The notes under the pieces were generated by a model. That model had not been told where the DNA came from. It worked only from the letters and a program-made list of their open reading frames with translations, and searched no databases. The translations under genes and the position numbers were made by a program. From Pseudomonadota bacterium (GTDB taxonomy: Bacteria > Bdellovibrionota_F > JAHFAK01 > JBDREC01): DNA of 55,618 nucleotides. Positions 1 through 11,100 of this stretch are shown piece after piece (the stretch's first letter is position 1; each line of letters opens with the position of its first letter). The stretch spans positions 62,001-117,618 of the forward strand of contig JBDREC010000001.1 of the NCBI GenBank assembly GCA_043820105.1, read 5' to 3'.

Positions 1-83
1 TTTACAAATTTTTCAGCTAGCACACTTCCATATTTGGGATCTGCTATGATGGGTCTTTTGGGTACTTCTCTTCTTCTTGGCAT
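1..83 (-). CDS. rpsG: 30S ribosomal protein S7, 5' part (runs off window)
   Basis: Minus-strand ATG at 83 translates MPRRREVPKRPIIADPKYGSVLAEKFV, the S7 N-terminus; directly downstream of rpsL. Confidence 0.95.
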   Translation of the reverse strand, partial: MPRRREVPKRPIIADPKYGSVLAEKFV

Positions 84-101
84 ACTATAACCTCTTTTAG
101 T

Positions 102-470
102 TTACGATTTCTTTGCGCCGTATTTTGAACGACTTTGTTTTCTGTCAGCTACACCTACTGTATCAAGTGTTCCTCGAACAACGTGATATCTAACACCAGG
201 TAAATCTTTAACTCTTCCGCCTCTGATTAAAACAACTGAGTGCTCTTGAAGATTGTGACCAACTCCTGGAATGTAAGTTGTAACTTCAAATCCATTGGTT
301 AATCTAACCCTTGCAACTTTTCTCAAAGCTGAGTTAGGTTTTTTGGGTGTTACAGTATAAACTCTAAGACAAACTCCTCGTTTTTGAGGGCATTTTTTTA
401 GTGCAGGAGACGATGTTTTTACTTTAATTTTTTTCCTGCCTTTTCTAACTAACTGATTAATTGTTGGCAT
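102..470 (-). CDS. rpsL: 30S ribosomal protein S12
   Basis: [33 protein letters not shown] signatures. Confidence 0.99.
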   Translation of the reverse strand: MPTINQLVRKGRKKIKVKTSSPALKKCPQKRGVCLRVYTVTPKKPNSALRKVARVRLTNGFEVTTYIPGVGHNLQEHSVVLIRGGRVKDLPGVRYHVVRGTLDTVGVADRKQSRSKYGAKKS

Positions 471-657
471 TTAAACCTTCCTATAACATATTATAACTTA
501 AGCAAATATCAAAAAAGTAGCTGGGCTTATAGCAGTGAAACCCAGGCTTGTCAACATAAAAGGTCGAAAAAAAATCTGAACTTGCGCACTTGCCTGATTT
601 CCTTTTCAATAAAATCAGGCCAATATTTTCATAAAAAATAAGTGTGTGAAATGGCGG

Positions 658-1548
658 TTAAATATCGATAGTTACGATTTTTTTGATAACGAAAAAAGCT
701 AGACCTATGATACAACATGCAGCTATTGTTAAGCCTAAACCAATTGGAGTTGTTACAAAAAGCTTCATTTCGTCTGGGTTTGAAAGATAAAACATGCCAG
801 CTAAAGCAAAAGGAAGGCATGAAAGCATGGCACCTTGAAAAAGGCCTAAGTGTGTGAGGGATTTGATTTTTCCATCAATCTTTTTTCTTTCACGGATTGT
901 GTTTGTCAAGGTGTCAAAGGTTTCTGTTAAATCACCACCAGTTTCTCGTAAAATAGTAATTGAGCTAACAACCATATGTAAATCGTCAGAAGGAATTCTT
1001 TCACCTAATGATTCAAGTGCTTCATCAATTGACGATCCAATTTGCTGTTGATGTAGGACTAGTTGAAATTCCTGGGACACTGGGTTTGGCATGTTTTTTG
1101 ATATTAACTGCATGCCTTGAAGAAAAGATAGACCTGACTTTAATGTGTTTCCAAGCATTGCAAGACAGTCCACTAATTGTGCATCAAATTTAGCTACTCG
1201 TCTATTAAAAAGAAAACCAACGATGAATTTAGGGGCTACCCAGGCTATTATACATATTAGTGCTGTAAGTACTATGGCAACAATGAAATGCATGTTTGAT
1301 AAAAACATCATTATAACGCCCAAAAGCAGACAAGCAACAAATGGACCAAAAGAGAGGATATAGATTCTTTCAATAGGCCATTTATCCTTAATAAACATTT
1401 TTTCAAATTTATCTTCAAAAAATTCGATTCTATTTCTATATTTATTTGCTGCCCAAGACTCCATTCCCTCATATGAGCCTATGACAAAAATAAAAACTGC
1501 AAATCCAATAATTATTGCAATGACTGTTGTTAGTCCAAAGAAAAACAT
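658..1548 (-). CDS. tadB: Tad pilus inner-membrane platform protein (TadB, T2SS-F family)
   Basis: TM segments plus LKSGLSFLQ...EF..V...G.S..EAL, ETGGDL; downstream of CpaF ATPase. Confidence 0.85.
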   Translation of the reverse strand: MFFFGLTTVIAIIIGFAVFIFVIGSYEGMESWAANKYRNRIEFFEDKFEKMFIKDKWPIERIYILSFGPFVACLLLGVIMMFLSNMHFIVAIVLTALICIIAWVAPKFIVGFLFNRRVAKFDAQLVDCLAMLGNTLKSGLSFLQGMQLISKNMPNPVSQEFQLVLHQQQIGSSIDEALESLGERIPSDDLHMVVSSITILRETGGDLTETFDTLTNTIRERKKIDGKIKSLTHLGLFQGAMLSCLPFALAGMFYLSNPDEMKLFVTTPIGLGLTIAACCIIGLAFFVIKKIVTIDI

Positions 1549-1562
1549 AATTCGCCTTTCAT

Positions 1563-3749
1563 TTAAGCTTTTGGTGTAAACATACCCTTGGGCAATCTTA
1601 TACCCTTTTCTTTTAGTGTTGTTACGAATTTTGGAATTAAACCAGTTGAAATGTATTCACCGATTACCTTGCCTTTTGCATCAACCCCTTTTTGTTTGTA
1701 TAAAAAGATATCCTGCAATACAACTGCGCTTCCTTCCATGCCAGTTATTTCAGTAATATGAGTTATTTTTCTTGAACCATCTGAAAATCTGTTAAGTTGC
1801 ACTACCATATGAACTGCCCCAGCGATTTGTTGCTTGATTGCAGTTGAAGGCAGATCAAAACCAGCGAACATAACTAAGGTTTCAAGTCTTTGTATACAAT
1901 CTCTAGGAGTATTTGAGTGAATTGTTGTTAATGAACCGTCATGCCCTGTGTTCATGGCCTGGAGCATATCAAGGGCTTCAGCGCCACGACATTCTCCAAC
2001 AACAATTCTGTCTGGTCTCATTCTCAAGGTGTTTTTGACAAGGTCCCTGATGGAGATTTCACCTTCTCCCTGGAGATTTGGAGGTCTTGTTTCCAATGTT
2101 CCAACGTGTTCTTGTGGAAGTTGAAGTTCAGCTGAGTCTTCAACGGTCAAAATTCTTTCTGTTTCAGGAATAAAAGAACCAATAGTATTTAAAAGTGTAG
2201 TTTTACCAGATCCAGTACCACCAGAAACAATTATATTCAAGTGTGCTTCAACACAGGCTCTGAGAAAGTCTGCAATTTCTTCAGTCATTGAGCCAAATTT
2301 AACTAGATCTTTATATGTAAGTTTTTCTTTGGCAAATTTTCTAATTGTTAGCATTGGCCCTTTTAGGGAAAGTGGAGGAATAATTGCATTAACACGAGAT
2401 CCGTCTTTTAGTCTTGCATCAACCATTGGAGATTTTTCATCGATTCTTCTTCCAATTGGTGCAACAATTCTTTCCAAAACACCCATAAGGTGTTTATTGG
2501 TTGTGAATTTAAGATTTGTTAATTTTAACTTGCCACTTTTTTCAGCATATATCTGATCTTTATGATTAACCATGATCTCCGAAACATCAGGATCCGCCAG
2601 TAACTCTTCAATGCAGCCAAGACCAATAGCCTCGTCGTAAATATCTTTAGCTAATCTGCGTTTATCTTCCATGCTTTTAATTATAGAAGATTCTTTGTCC
2701 AGGAGTTGGTTTATTACATCTTTTGTTTTGTTTTGTAATTCTAAAACTTTTTTCGGATCTTGTTCACCTTCTTCTGTAATGTGATCCATTTCGACTAGCT
2801 CTACTAACTTTTTGTGAACTCTTAATTTTATTTCAATATATAAATCAGCCTTTTCATCAATTTTTCTAGTAAAAACATCTCTTGTAGGGCCTTGCGCTCC
2901 TCCACCTCCTCCGCTGGCTCCCAGTAAAGGATTAAGAATTGAAATAATATCACCACCAATTGAACCAGCTCCTTCAGGAACTCTAAGGTTTCTAAGGGTA
3001 GTATCTTTGATAAGATATCTTGATAATTGATCAATGCTTTTAGTTAGAGCGTGCTGTGGTGCTGCAGTGACAAAGGGTTGAGCATTGTTTATAGAGTTGG
3101 TAATTGTAACAGAATCTTCAGGGATGGTTAAGAGCACATCCTTTTTAATTTTTTGACCAATGAGTTGCTTATTAATAATTGATTTAGCATTAAATTTATT
3201 ACAAATAACCCAAATCATATCCCCAGGCAGCTGCATCGCTTGAAAAGCCTGTATTTTTTTTGCAGCTAAATTAACGGTCAAAAGTTCTTGAGACATTATA
3301 AACATTATTAAGGATGAATATTCATAAGGTTTTATGGTGAATTGATTGAAATGTGCTCCAGTATCAATTATTACGAAATTAAACATCATGGAAAGCTGCT
3401 TAAAAAGCTTATCTAGCTCAAGTGGGTTATATGCTTTTAATTCAGCTGTACTGTTGTATAAAGGAATTAGCCCAAGCCCAGTTTTTGTTTTTCCTATTAA
3501 ATTATAAAGACCTTTTAAATCAAGTTTAGATAGTTTAGGAGTAATATCCGTTGCAGCCGGGGCTTTGTTCACACCCATTAAGAGTGCGATGTCACCTGCT
3601 GCCTCTGTATCAAAATCCAGGATGCAAACTCTTGCATTAGTTTCTCTTTGTAAGCTAAGGGCAAAGTTAGCTGAAAAAATTGATGCTCCGGATCCTGTTT
3701 TTGCACTTGTTACTGTAATGAATATTGGTTTTTTATTTGGGGCGGCCAT
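1563..3749 (-). CDS. cpaF: CpaE/MinD-like domain fused to CpaF/TadA pilus assembly ATPase
   Basis: N-terminal degenerate P-loop SAKTGSGAS and IIDTG; C-terminal SGGTGSGKTT, LRMRPDRIVVGECRG, AMNTGHDGS. Confidence 0.92.
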   Translation of the reverse strand: MAAPNKKPIFITVTSAKTGSGASIFSANFALSLQRETNARVCILDFDTEAAGDIALLMGVNKAPAATDITPKLSKLDLKGLYNLIGKTKTGLGLIPLYNSTAELKAYNPLELDKLFKQLSMMFNFVIIDTGAHFNQFTIKPYEYSSLIMFIMSQELLTVNLAAKKIQAFQAMQLPGDMIWVICNKFNAKSIINKQLIGQKIKKDVLLTIPEDSVTITNSINNAQPFVTAAPQHALTKSIDQLSRYLIKDTTLRNLRVPEGAGSIGGDIISILNPLLGASGGGGGAQGPTRDVFTRKIDEKADLYIEIKLRVHKKLVELVEMDHITEEGEQDPKKVLELQNKTKDVINQLLDKESSIIKSMEDKRRLAKDIYDEAIGLGCIEELLADPDVSEIMVNHKDQIYAEKSGKLKLTNLKFTTNKHLMGVLERIVAPIGRRIDEKSPMVDARLKDGSRVNAIIPPLSLKGPMLTIRKFAKEKLTYKDLVKFGSMTEEIADFLRACVEAHLNIIVSGGTGSGKTTLLNTIGSFIPETERILTVEDSAELQLPQEHVGTLETRPPNLQGEGEISIRDLVKNTLRMRPDRIVVGECRGAEALDMLQAMNTGHDGSLTTIHSNTPRDCIQRLETLVMFAGFDLPSTAIKQQIAGAVHMVVQLNRFSDGSRKITHITEITGMEGSAVVLQDIFLYKQKGVDAKGKVIGEYISTGLIPKFVTTLKEKGIRLPKGMFTPKA

Positions 3750-3764
3750 TAATTTTTCCTTAAA

Positions 3765-5189
3765 TTATTGTCCAGTTGGATAAACTTCATAAAGGTTAAA
3801 ATAATCTTTGAGGTCTTTGTTTGCTTCTCCTGCGTACTCCAGAATTTTTGGAGTTACAAAGATTAAAAACTGTTGTCTAGCAACATTTGTATCAAGAGTT
3901 TTGAAAAGGTTGAACATTCCGACAGCTTCATCTGGCTTGTCTGAGTCTGGTTGTCTGTCTTTTGAATATGTTCTTGAAGTTCTTATGATACCTCCAATTA
4001 CCACAGATTCGCCATTTCTAACAAACTGATGAGTTGTAAGATTATTAGTATCCATTGTAACATCGCCTTTTGCGGTTGGTTTTCCAAGACTGGATGCATT
4101 TACTGTAATGTTTAAATCAATATCATCTTTATAAACTGTTGGAGTAACTGAAAGAGTCATTCCAACATTTTTTGAACCCATTGACGCGGTTCCATTTGCC
4201 TGAGCAATTGGAATCATGATTTCTGTTCCAGAAAAAAGATTTGCGGATTTTCCTGATTTAACTGAAAGCATTGGGTTTTCAAGGTTTCTAACCAGACCAA
4301 TTGATTTCATATAATTTAGTCTTGGTATCAAAGATGAAAATTGTGCTGTTAAGGTGCCTGTAAATTGGGTTGACCCAGTTTGTGGATTCATGTTCATAAA
4401 GGCATTAGCGCTAGTTTCGGGAAAGGGGGCCCATTTAAATAAGAAATTTTTATCTATTGCTTTATTTAATACAACATAATGCACTGAAACCTGAATCATT
4501 TTTGCTCTTTCTGGAGGCTTTGATTCTTTTCTAACTTCAATAATGCTTTGAACCTTAGCTGGTGGCCAAAAAAGTTTAGCAATTTTTAAAGCTCTTTCTT
4601 CCTGGTCTTGTTGGTATACTTTTCCATCAAGAATCATCATATCTTTAAATGGTTTAACATAGACTTCAGCTAAGTCGATTTCATTTTCTATTTTCTTTGC
4701 AATAATTCTTTGTGCGTTTCTGGAAAGCTTAACAAGGTTTACAACAAAGGGAACATCTTTTACAACTTTGTCTACAGTCGCGAGATCTTCACTGAGAAAA
4801 ACCTCACCTTCAACAACAACTTTTGTTTCAACTTGATATATTTTTAAGCCTTCTACTGATGAAAGTATTTTTGTGAGCTCTTTTATGTATCGGTTTAAGT
4901 TTTTGGAGGATACTACAATGGTTATATTATCTCGTTGTTTTCCTGCATTATCATAAACCAAAACAGAAGTTTCACCTGCTGTGTTAGGAAAAAGTGTAAT
5001 TTTATTGGTTTTTCTGTCGACTTGAAAATTACATATTTGTGGATTACCGATATCAACTCTACCAATTTGAAAATTAAAATTCAAATTTTTGGGGGCGCCT
5101 TCAGTTAGGTACTGTGTTGGATAAGCGTTTAAGATAACAGGAACTAATATTAATATTGAAACAATAAAAATTTTTTTAAAAAAACTCAA
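3765..5189 (-). CDS. cpaC: Tad secretin (CpaC/RcpA-like) with pilus-formation N domain and BON-like domains
   Basis: Signal peptide, IGNPQI..GETSVLVY N domain, NPMLSVKSGKSA and VRNGESVVIGG...IFVTPKI secretin motifs; TTG start with GGAG RBS. Confidence 0.85.
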   Translation of the reverse strand: MSFFKKIFIVSILILVPVILNAYPTQYLTEGAPKNLNFNFQIGRVDIGNPQICNFQVDRKTNKITLFPNTAGETSVLVYDNAGKQRDNITIVVSSKNLNRYIKELTKILSSVEGLKIYQVETKVVVEGEVFLSEDLATVDKVVKDVPFVVNLVKLSRNAQRIIAKKIENEIDLAEVYVKPFKDMMILDGKVYQQDQEERALKIAKLFWPPAKVQSIIEVRKESKPPERAKMIQVSVHYVVLNKAIDKNFLFKWAPFPETSANAFMNMNPQTGSTQFTGTLTAQFSSLIPRLNYMKSIGLVRNLENPMLSVKSGKSANLFSGTEIMIPIAQANGTASMGSKNVGMTLSVTPTVYKDDIDLNITVNASSLGKPTAKGDVTMDTNNLTTHQFVRNGESVVIGGIIRTSRTYSKDRQPDSDKPDEAVGMFNLFKTLDTNVARQQFLIFVTPKILEYAGEANKDLKDYFNLYEVYPTGQ

Positions 5190-5271
5190 TTTAGTTCTCC
5201 TTATTTTTATTTAAGCTGTATTAAACAAAATTTGTGTCTTGCGGTCAATTAAATAGTATTCTTCTCTATTC

Positions 5272-5438
5272 ATTAATTATTAATTGTTAATTATTAATTA
5301 TTAATTATTTTAAAAACGCAAATCGCATCCAAAACATCGCTTGTTCTTAAAAACGAATTAGCAATAATTAATAACGAAATAATTAATAGCAAAATAATTA
5401 ATAACCACTAATTAATAATTAATAATTAATAATTAATT
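5272..5438. repeat. AT-rich heptamer (TTAATTA/TAATTAA) tandem tracts in inverted arrangement
   Basis: TTAATTA-type tract ~5272-5310 and complementary TAATTAA-type tract ~5363-5436 flanking a ~50-nt core. Confidence 0.7.
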
Positions 5439-7961
5439 TTACTTACCACAACACTTTTTATATTTTTTCCCACTTCCGCAAGAACATGGATCATTTCTTC
5501 CAACTTTTTCAACTTTTCTTTGAACAGGTTGTTTAGGACCACTTGAGCGACCAAATTGCATGTTTCTTTGATTTTTCTTTGGAAAATCTATTTTCCGGGC
5601 ATCTTCTTCTTGCCTAAGTTGGATTTTAAAAAGTTGTTCAATTACATTTACTTTAATATGCCAGAACATATCGTCAAACATATTAAAGCCTTCTTTTTTA
5701 TATTCTAGCAAAGGATCTTTTTGAGCATAGCCTCTTAATGATACACCTTCTTTTAAGTGATCCATTCCTAATAAATGTTCTTTCCAGGAATTGTCCATGT
5801 TTTGTAGAGTTAGTACTCTTTCAAGGTGCCTCATGGCATCTAAACCGACTTTTCCTTCTTTTTCTTCATATGCCCGTACGACTTCTTTTATAACAAATTC
5901 ATAAAGATCCTCGGTTTTTAGGATTGTAAGGTCAGGAGCCTGATCAGGCAGATGTATGTTGAATTGAGCAAAGACAGCCTCACATAGGGCTTTATAGTCA
6001 AAAGTATTTTTATCAATTTTATCTCCTGTTGCAGTAAAGACTACTTCATCAGTGACATCTTCTATCCACTCCATTGTGTTAGAACGAAGGCTTTCACCAA
6101 GGAGGATTTCTTTTCGTTTTTTATAAATGACCTTTCTTTGCTGATTCATAACATCATCATATTTTAATAAGTGCTTTCTAATGTCAAAGTTATGACCTTC
6201 AACTCTTTTTTGGGCATTGGCAATAGCTTTTGATATGAAATTGTGTTCAATAGGAGTGCCTTCTTCAATGCCCAATCTGTCCATAAAAAGAGATATTTTC
6301 TCTGAACCAAAAATTCTTAAAAGATCATCTTCAAGGGATAAATAATATTTAGATGATCCCATGTCTCCTTGTCGACCTGATCTTCCTCTTAACTGATTAT
6401 CAATTCTTCTGGATTCATGTCTTTCTGTACCTAAAATATGCAAGCCTCCAAGGTCAGCCACACCTTCACCAAGTACAATGTCAGTACCACGGCCAGCCAT
6501 ATTTGTTGAAATGGTAACTGCGTATCGTTGGCCAGCTTGAGATACAATTTCTGCTTCTTTATCATGTTGTTTAGCGTTTAGAATATGATGTTTAACACCA
6601 TGTTTTTTTAGTAGCTTGCTTAAATGTTCTGATTTTTCAATAGAGATTGTGCCTACTAAAACTGGTCTTCCAATTGCGTTTAATTCTTGAATTTCTCTAA
6701 CGGCTGCGTTGAATTTTTCTTTTTCTGTTTTATAAATAACATCAGGCTTATCTGCTCTTGTCATAGGTTTGTTTGTAGGAACAACAACAACATCAAGATC
6801 ATAAATCTTTTTAAACTCAGCTGCTTCAGTGTCTGCTGTACCAGTCATACCAGCTAGTTTTTCATACATTCTAAAATAATTTTGGAAGGTAATTGTAGCA
6901 AGCGTTTGGTTTTCTCTTTCTATTTTTACTTTTTCTTTTGCTTCAACAGCTTGATGCAGACCATCTGACCAGCGTCTTCCTGGCATTAAGCGACCTGTGA
7001 ATTCGTCAACTATTTGAACCTGGTTGTCGTTTACAACATAGTCAATGTCTCTTCTAAAGCATTTGTGAGCCTTTAGGGCCTGATTAATATGGTGTAGGGT
7101 TTCCATATTTGCTGGATCATAAAGGTTCTCAACGCCGAGTATTTTTTCAACTTTCGCCATGCCATCTTCAGTTAAGGCTGCATTTTTTGATTTTTCATCC
7201 AGAGTAAAGTCTGTGTCTTTCTGGAGCCTTGGAATAATTGTGTCTAATTTAAAATATTTATCAGTTGAATCATCAGTTGGTCCGCTGATGATTAATGGAG
7301 TTCTTGCTTCATCAATTAAAATGGAGTCAACTTCATCCACAATAGCATAATGAGGAGTTTTTTGAACATACTCTTGAATTTCAAATTTCATATTATCTCT
7401 TAGATAATCAAATCCGAATTCATTATTTGTTCCATAAGTTATGTCAGAACCATAGGCTGCTTTTCTTTCTTGATCACTTAAGCCATGGATAATTGTACCA
7501 ACAGAAAGGCCCAGAAAATTAAAAATTTTCCCCATCCACTGGGCATCACGATTTGCAAGGTAATCATTTACTGTAACCAAGTGACATCCCTTGCCAGTAA
7601 GGCCATTTAAATACATTGGAAGGGTTGCAACAACGGTTTTTCCTTCACCAGTTTTCATTTCAGCGATTTTTCCTTCATGAAGGATTAAGCCACCTATTAG
7701 TTGAACATCAAAATGCCTCATTTGCACGGTTCTTTTTGATGCTTCTCTAACAACTGCAAAGGCTTCAAAAAGAATATCATCAAGGCTTGCACCATTTGCC
7801 AGTTTTTGTTTAAGCTCTGGTGTTTTTGCCTTTAGCTGATCATCTGTTAGTTTGCTTATTTGTGGTTCTAACTCATTGACTCTATTGATGACTTGATAGT
7901 ATCTTTTCAATTCTCTTTCATTATGACTACCAAAAATTTTCTGTCCAATTTTATTAAACAT
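5439..7961 (-). CDS. secA: Preprotein translocase subunit SecA
   Basis: [36 protein letters not shown]-terminal [23 protein letters not shown]. Confidence 0.99.
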   Translation of the reverse strand: MFNKIGQKIFGSHNERELKRYYQVINRVNELEPQISKLTDDQLKAKTPELKQKLANGASLDDILFEAFAVVREASKRTVQMRHFDVQLIGGLILHEGKIAEMKTGEGKTVVATLPMYLNGLTGKGCHLVTVNDYLANRDAQWMGKIFNFLGLSVGTIIHGLSDQERKAAYGSDITYGTNNEFGFDYLRDNMKFEIQEYVQKTPHYAIVDEVDSILIDEARTPLIISGPTDDSTDKYFKLDTIIPRLQKDTDFTLDEKSKNAALTEDGMAKVEKILGVENLYDPANMETLHHINQALKAHKCFRRDIDYVVNDNQVQIVDEFTGRLMPGRRWSDGLHQAVEAKEKVKIERENQTLATITFQNYFRMYEKLAGMTGTADTEAAEFKKIYDLDVVVVPTNKPMTRADKPDVIYKTEKEKFNAAVREIQELNAIGRPVLVGTISIEKSEHLSKLLKKHGVKHHILNAKQHDKEAEIVSQAGQRYAVTISTNMAGRGTDIVLGEGVADLGGLHILGTERHESRRIDNQLRGRSGRQGDMGSSKYYLSLEDDLLRIFGSEKISLFMDRLGIEEGTPIEHNFISKAIANAQKRVEGHNFDIRKHLLKYDDVMNQQRKVIYKKRKEILLGESLRSNTMEWIEDVTDEVVFTATGDKIDKNTFDYKALCEAVFAQFNIHLPDQAPDLTILKTEDLYEFVIKEVVRAYEEKEGKVGLDAMRHLERVLTLQNMDNSWKEHLLGMDHLKEGVSLRGYAQKDPLLEYKKEGFNMFDDMFWHIKVNVIEQLFKIQLRQEEDARKIDFPKKNQRNMQFGRSSGPKQPVQRKVEKVGRNDPCSCGSGKKYKKCCGK

Positions 7962-8140
7962 GAATTTGTCCTAATTTTTTTAAATATAAATGAAATGTAA
8001 TTTTAATAATCTATAGTATGAAAGTCAATCTAGCATTCTGATATTCAATAAATCTCCTATTCATTTATTCCACTATTTTCTTGTTATATTTTAAAAGTCC
8101 GTTTAAATTTATATAAAAACATTAAGGATAATAAGCGAGA

Positions 8141-11100
8141 ATGGATGAGATAAAAAATTTTATTACCAAGCTTTTGTTGCTTGAAAAAAGTGTGAAAGAA
8201 GCCAATGTTTCTGACAAACTTTCTTATTCAATTTTAAATCTAGTTGAAAAAATAATAAAAGATAAAGATCTGTTTAAAATACGCAAACAGGATTGGTTTA
8301 GGTATCTTGAGGCGAGCAGGACATCTTCTTTTTTACTTTCTTTAAAAGAAACTGATTTGAGATATAGATGGGCTGAAACTACTTTTGTTCTAATTAAGGA
8401 ACTTAAATATAGCTTTAAAGATTTATTCAAAAATAGAGTTAAATCTCACCCTAAAAAGGTGCTATTTAAGGAATTCGAAGCAGAAGATGAAGTTGATTGG
8501 ACTTATCTGCAAATTGATAAGAAACTAAAGCAAATCGCTTCCTGTCTTATTAAAGGAAGAAAAGAAAAACCAAGAGTTGCTATTATTTGTCAGAATGGAA
8601 TTGAATCTGCTTGTTGTGATTTGGCTTGTTTGATTTATGGAATTTTTATTTCACCAATTAATGTACATTCCAATGTTGAAACCTTGAAATATATTTTTGA
8701 AGAATTAGATCTTAACCTGGCCATTATTGATTCTGAAGAAACAGTTGACAAGCTTTTGTTGCTTAAAAATATGCTTAAGAAAAATATTAAGATCTATAGT
8801 GTTAATCCAGGGTTAGCTCTGGAAAAAGATGAAGCTCGTTTATTTCAAGAAGAGTATATAAAAATTACACCTGAAGAAGAAAGCTTGCTTGATAATTATA
8901 AAGGAATAGATATTGAACATGTTTCAACCTGCATGTTTACCTCTGGTAGCACTGGAATGCCAAAGGGGGTTGCTTTTACCAATTATAATTTAACAACAAA
9001 GCGCTTTGCAAGGGCTGCTGCTTTGCCTGAAGTTGGACCAGGGCAGGTGTTTTTAGCTTATTTGCCTCTTTTTCATACATTTGGTCGCTTTCTTGAAATG
9101 CTTGGAGTTATTTTTTGGAATGGTACTTATGTTTTTGCTGGAAATCCTTCTTATGAAACTTTTATCAGTAAGATGAAAAAGGTTCAGCCAACCGCTTTAA
9201 TAAGTATTCCTATAAGATGGGTTCAGATTCGCAATGACTACAAAGAGCAAACAGAAGGAATTAAAGATTCTAAGCAGAAGCAAAAAATCTTTCGTGAAAT
9301 AGTTGGTTCAAGGCTCTATTGGGGCTTGTCAGCTGCTGGTTATTTGGATCCAAAGGTTTTTAAGTTCTTTCAAAGGGAATCTGTTAATCTCTGTTCTGGT
9401 TTTGGAATGACAGAAGGCACAGGAGGTATTACCATGACACCTCCTCATCAATATAAAGAAAACACAGTAGGCACAGCCTTGCCAGGGGTTCGTTTGAAAT
9501 TCACAGAGCTTGGTGAAATGCATATTTCAGGTCCTTATATTGCAAGATATCTAGATGAAATCGACATTAATAAGAAGATAGATTCATTATATAAAGACGT
9601 TTGGCTACCAACTGGAGATATTTTCACAAAACATGAAAATGGATATCTTGAAATTGTTGACAGAATTAAGGATATTTATAAAAACAGTAAGGGCCAAACC
9701 GTTGCACCTAAAAAAGTTGAAAAAGAATTTGAGCATGTGCCTGGCATTAAATCAACGTTTTTAGTGGGTGATGGAAGGGATTATAATGTCCTGCTCATTG
9801 TGCAAGACTCAGCAGATACAGTTATTGCAAATTCTCCCAGCAAGGAAGCAATAGATGATTATTTTTCTCGAATAATCATTGAGGCAAATCTAAACCTGCC
9901 TCCTTATGAACGAGTTATTAATTTTTCAAAACTTCCCCGAGAATTTGATTTAAATAAAAAAGAGCTTACACCAAAGGGTTCTTTTAATAGAAAACAGATA
10001 GAAACAAATTTTAAAGATGTTATTGATAAGCTTTATAAAGACCGTGAAATAAGACTTAAGTATAATGACTTTACACTTCTTATTCCTTTATGGGTTTATC
10101 GAGATTTGGGGATTTTAGAAGATGGTTTTATAATAAAATATGATTCGATTTGTAATTCTCATTATAACGTAGCTCTAAAACTCGCTTATAAAAAGAAGAC
10201 TAAAAGAGTCCAAATTGGTGATTTAGAATATTTTATAAAAGGAAAAGTCATTGATTTGGGGGCTATGATTAAACAACCAAGGCTCTGGGCGTCTAATCCA
10301 GCCTTTATAAATTTTTTCCCATGTAAAGAAGGTTGGGATAGTAGTTATCCAAAAATATCAAAGCAAGTCGCCCTACCAAAAACGAAGGGTGAAATTTATC
10401 CTAAATCTTTTAAAGTAAAATCAGCTTTTATTAAAGATAAAAACTTAGCAAATGTTAGTTTTGTTTGTTCACAAGTGATGTTCTATGAACCTAAAGTCGC
10501 GATGCAGTCTATATTAAAGCTTGAAACCTTGTTAGAAGTATCAGATGCCAGATTACAGGAAGTTATAAAAAGAAGATTAGAGGCCTGTGCTTATCATTTT
10601 AATTTTGATATAAGGGGAAACGCATATCGTATACTTCTTATGGATCAACCAGGTCGCAACTATAGCAAGCACTTTCCTTCATTTCTTGATTCAGGCTTGC
10701 CATTTTTAGATGATAAGCTTATTGATGAAATCTCTCAGGCGGACTTAACCTTGCCAAGGCTTTCAGCTTTAAGACAAAGAATGCATAGTTATAGGATTAC
10801 ACTAAAATGGCCAACAAATGAAGGAAGAAGAAGGCAATTTAGTGACCTTTTTAAACTTCTTGTTAAATATGTTCAATATCACCCTGAATATTATTCAACT
10901 GTCAGGTCTATGTTAATTGGTTGGATTGTAAACCCTGTTGATCATATTTTGGCTGCTTCTGCTGAAAAAAACTTTAATAAACTTAAAACATGGCTTGAAA
11001 AATATATTAAAGAAAAACAAAAACTAAGCACAAGCTTTTTTAATAAAAATTTTAATAAAAAAGTTTTATTTACTGATGAATTAACTAAAGCTGAAAAACA

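Noticed and set aside
592-620. Intrinsic terminator after tadB (GCCTGATTT/AAATCAGGC)
   Set aside because: Stem is present but there is no U-tract on the coding (minus) strand
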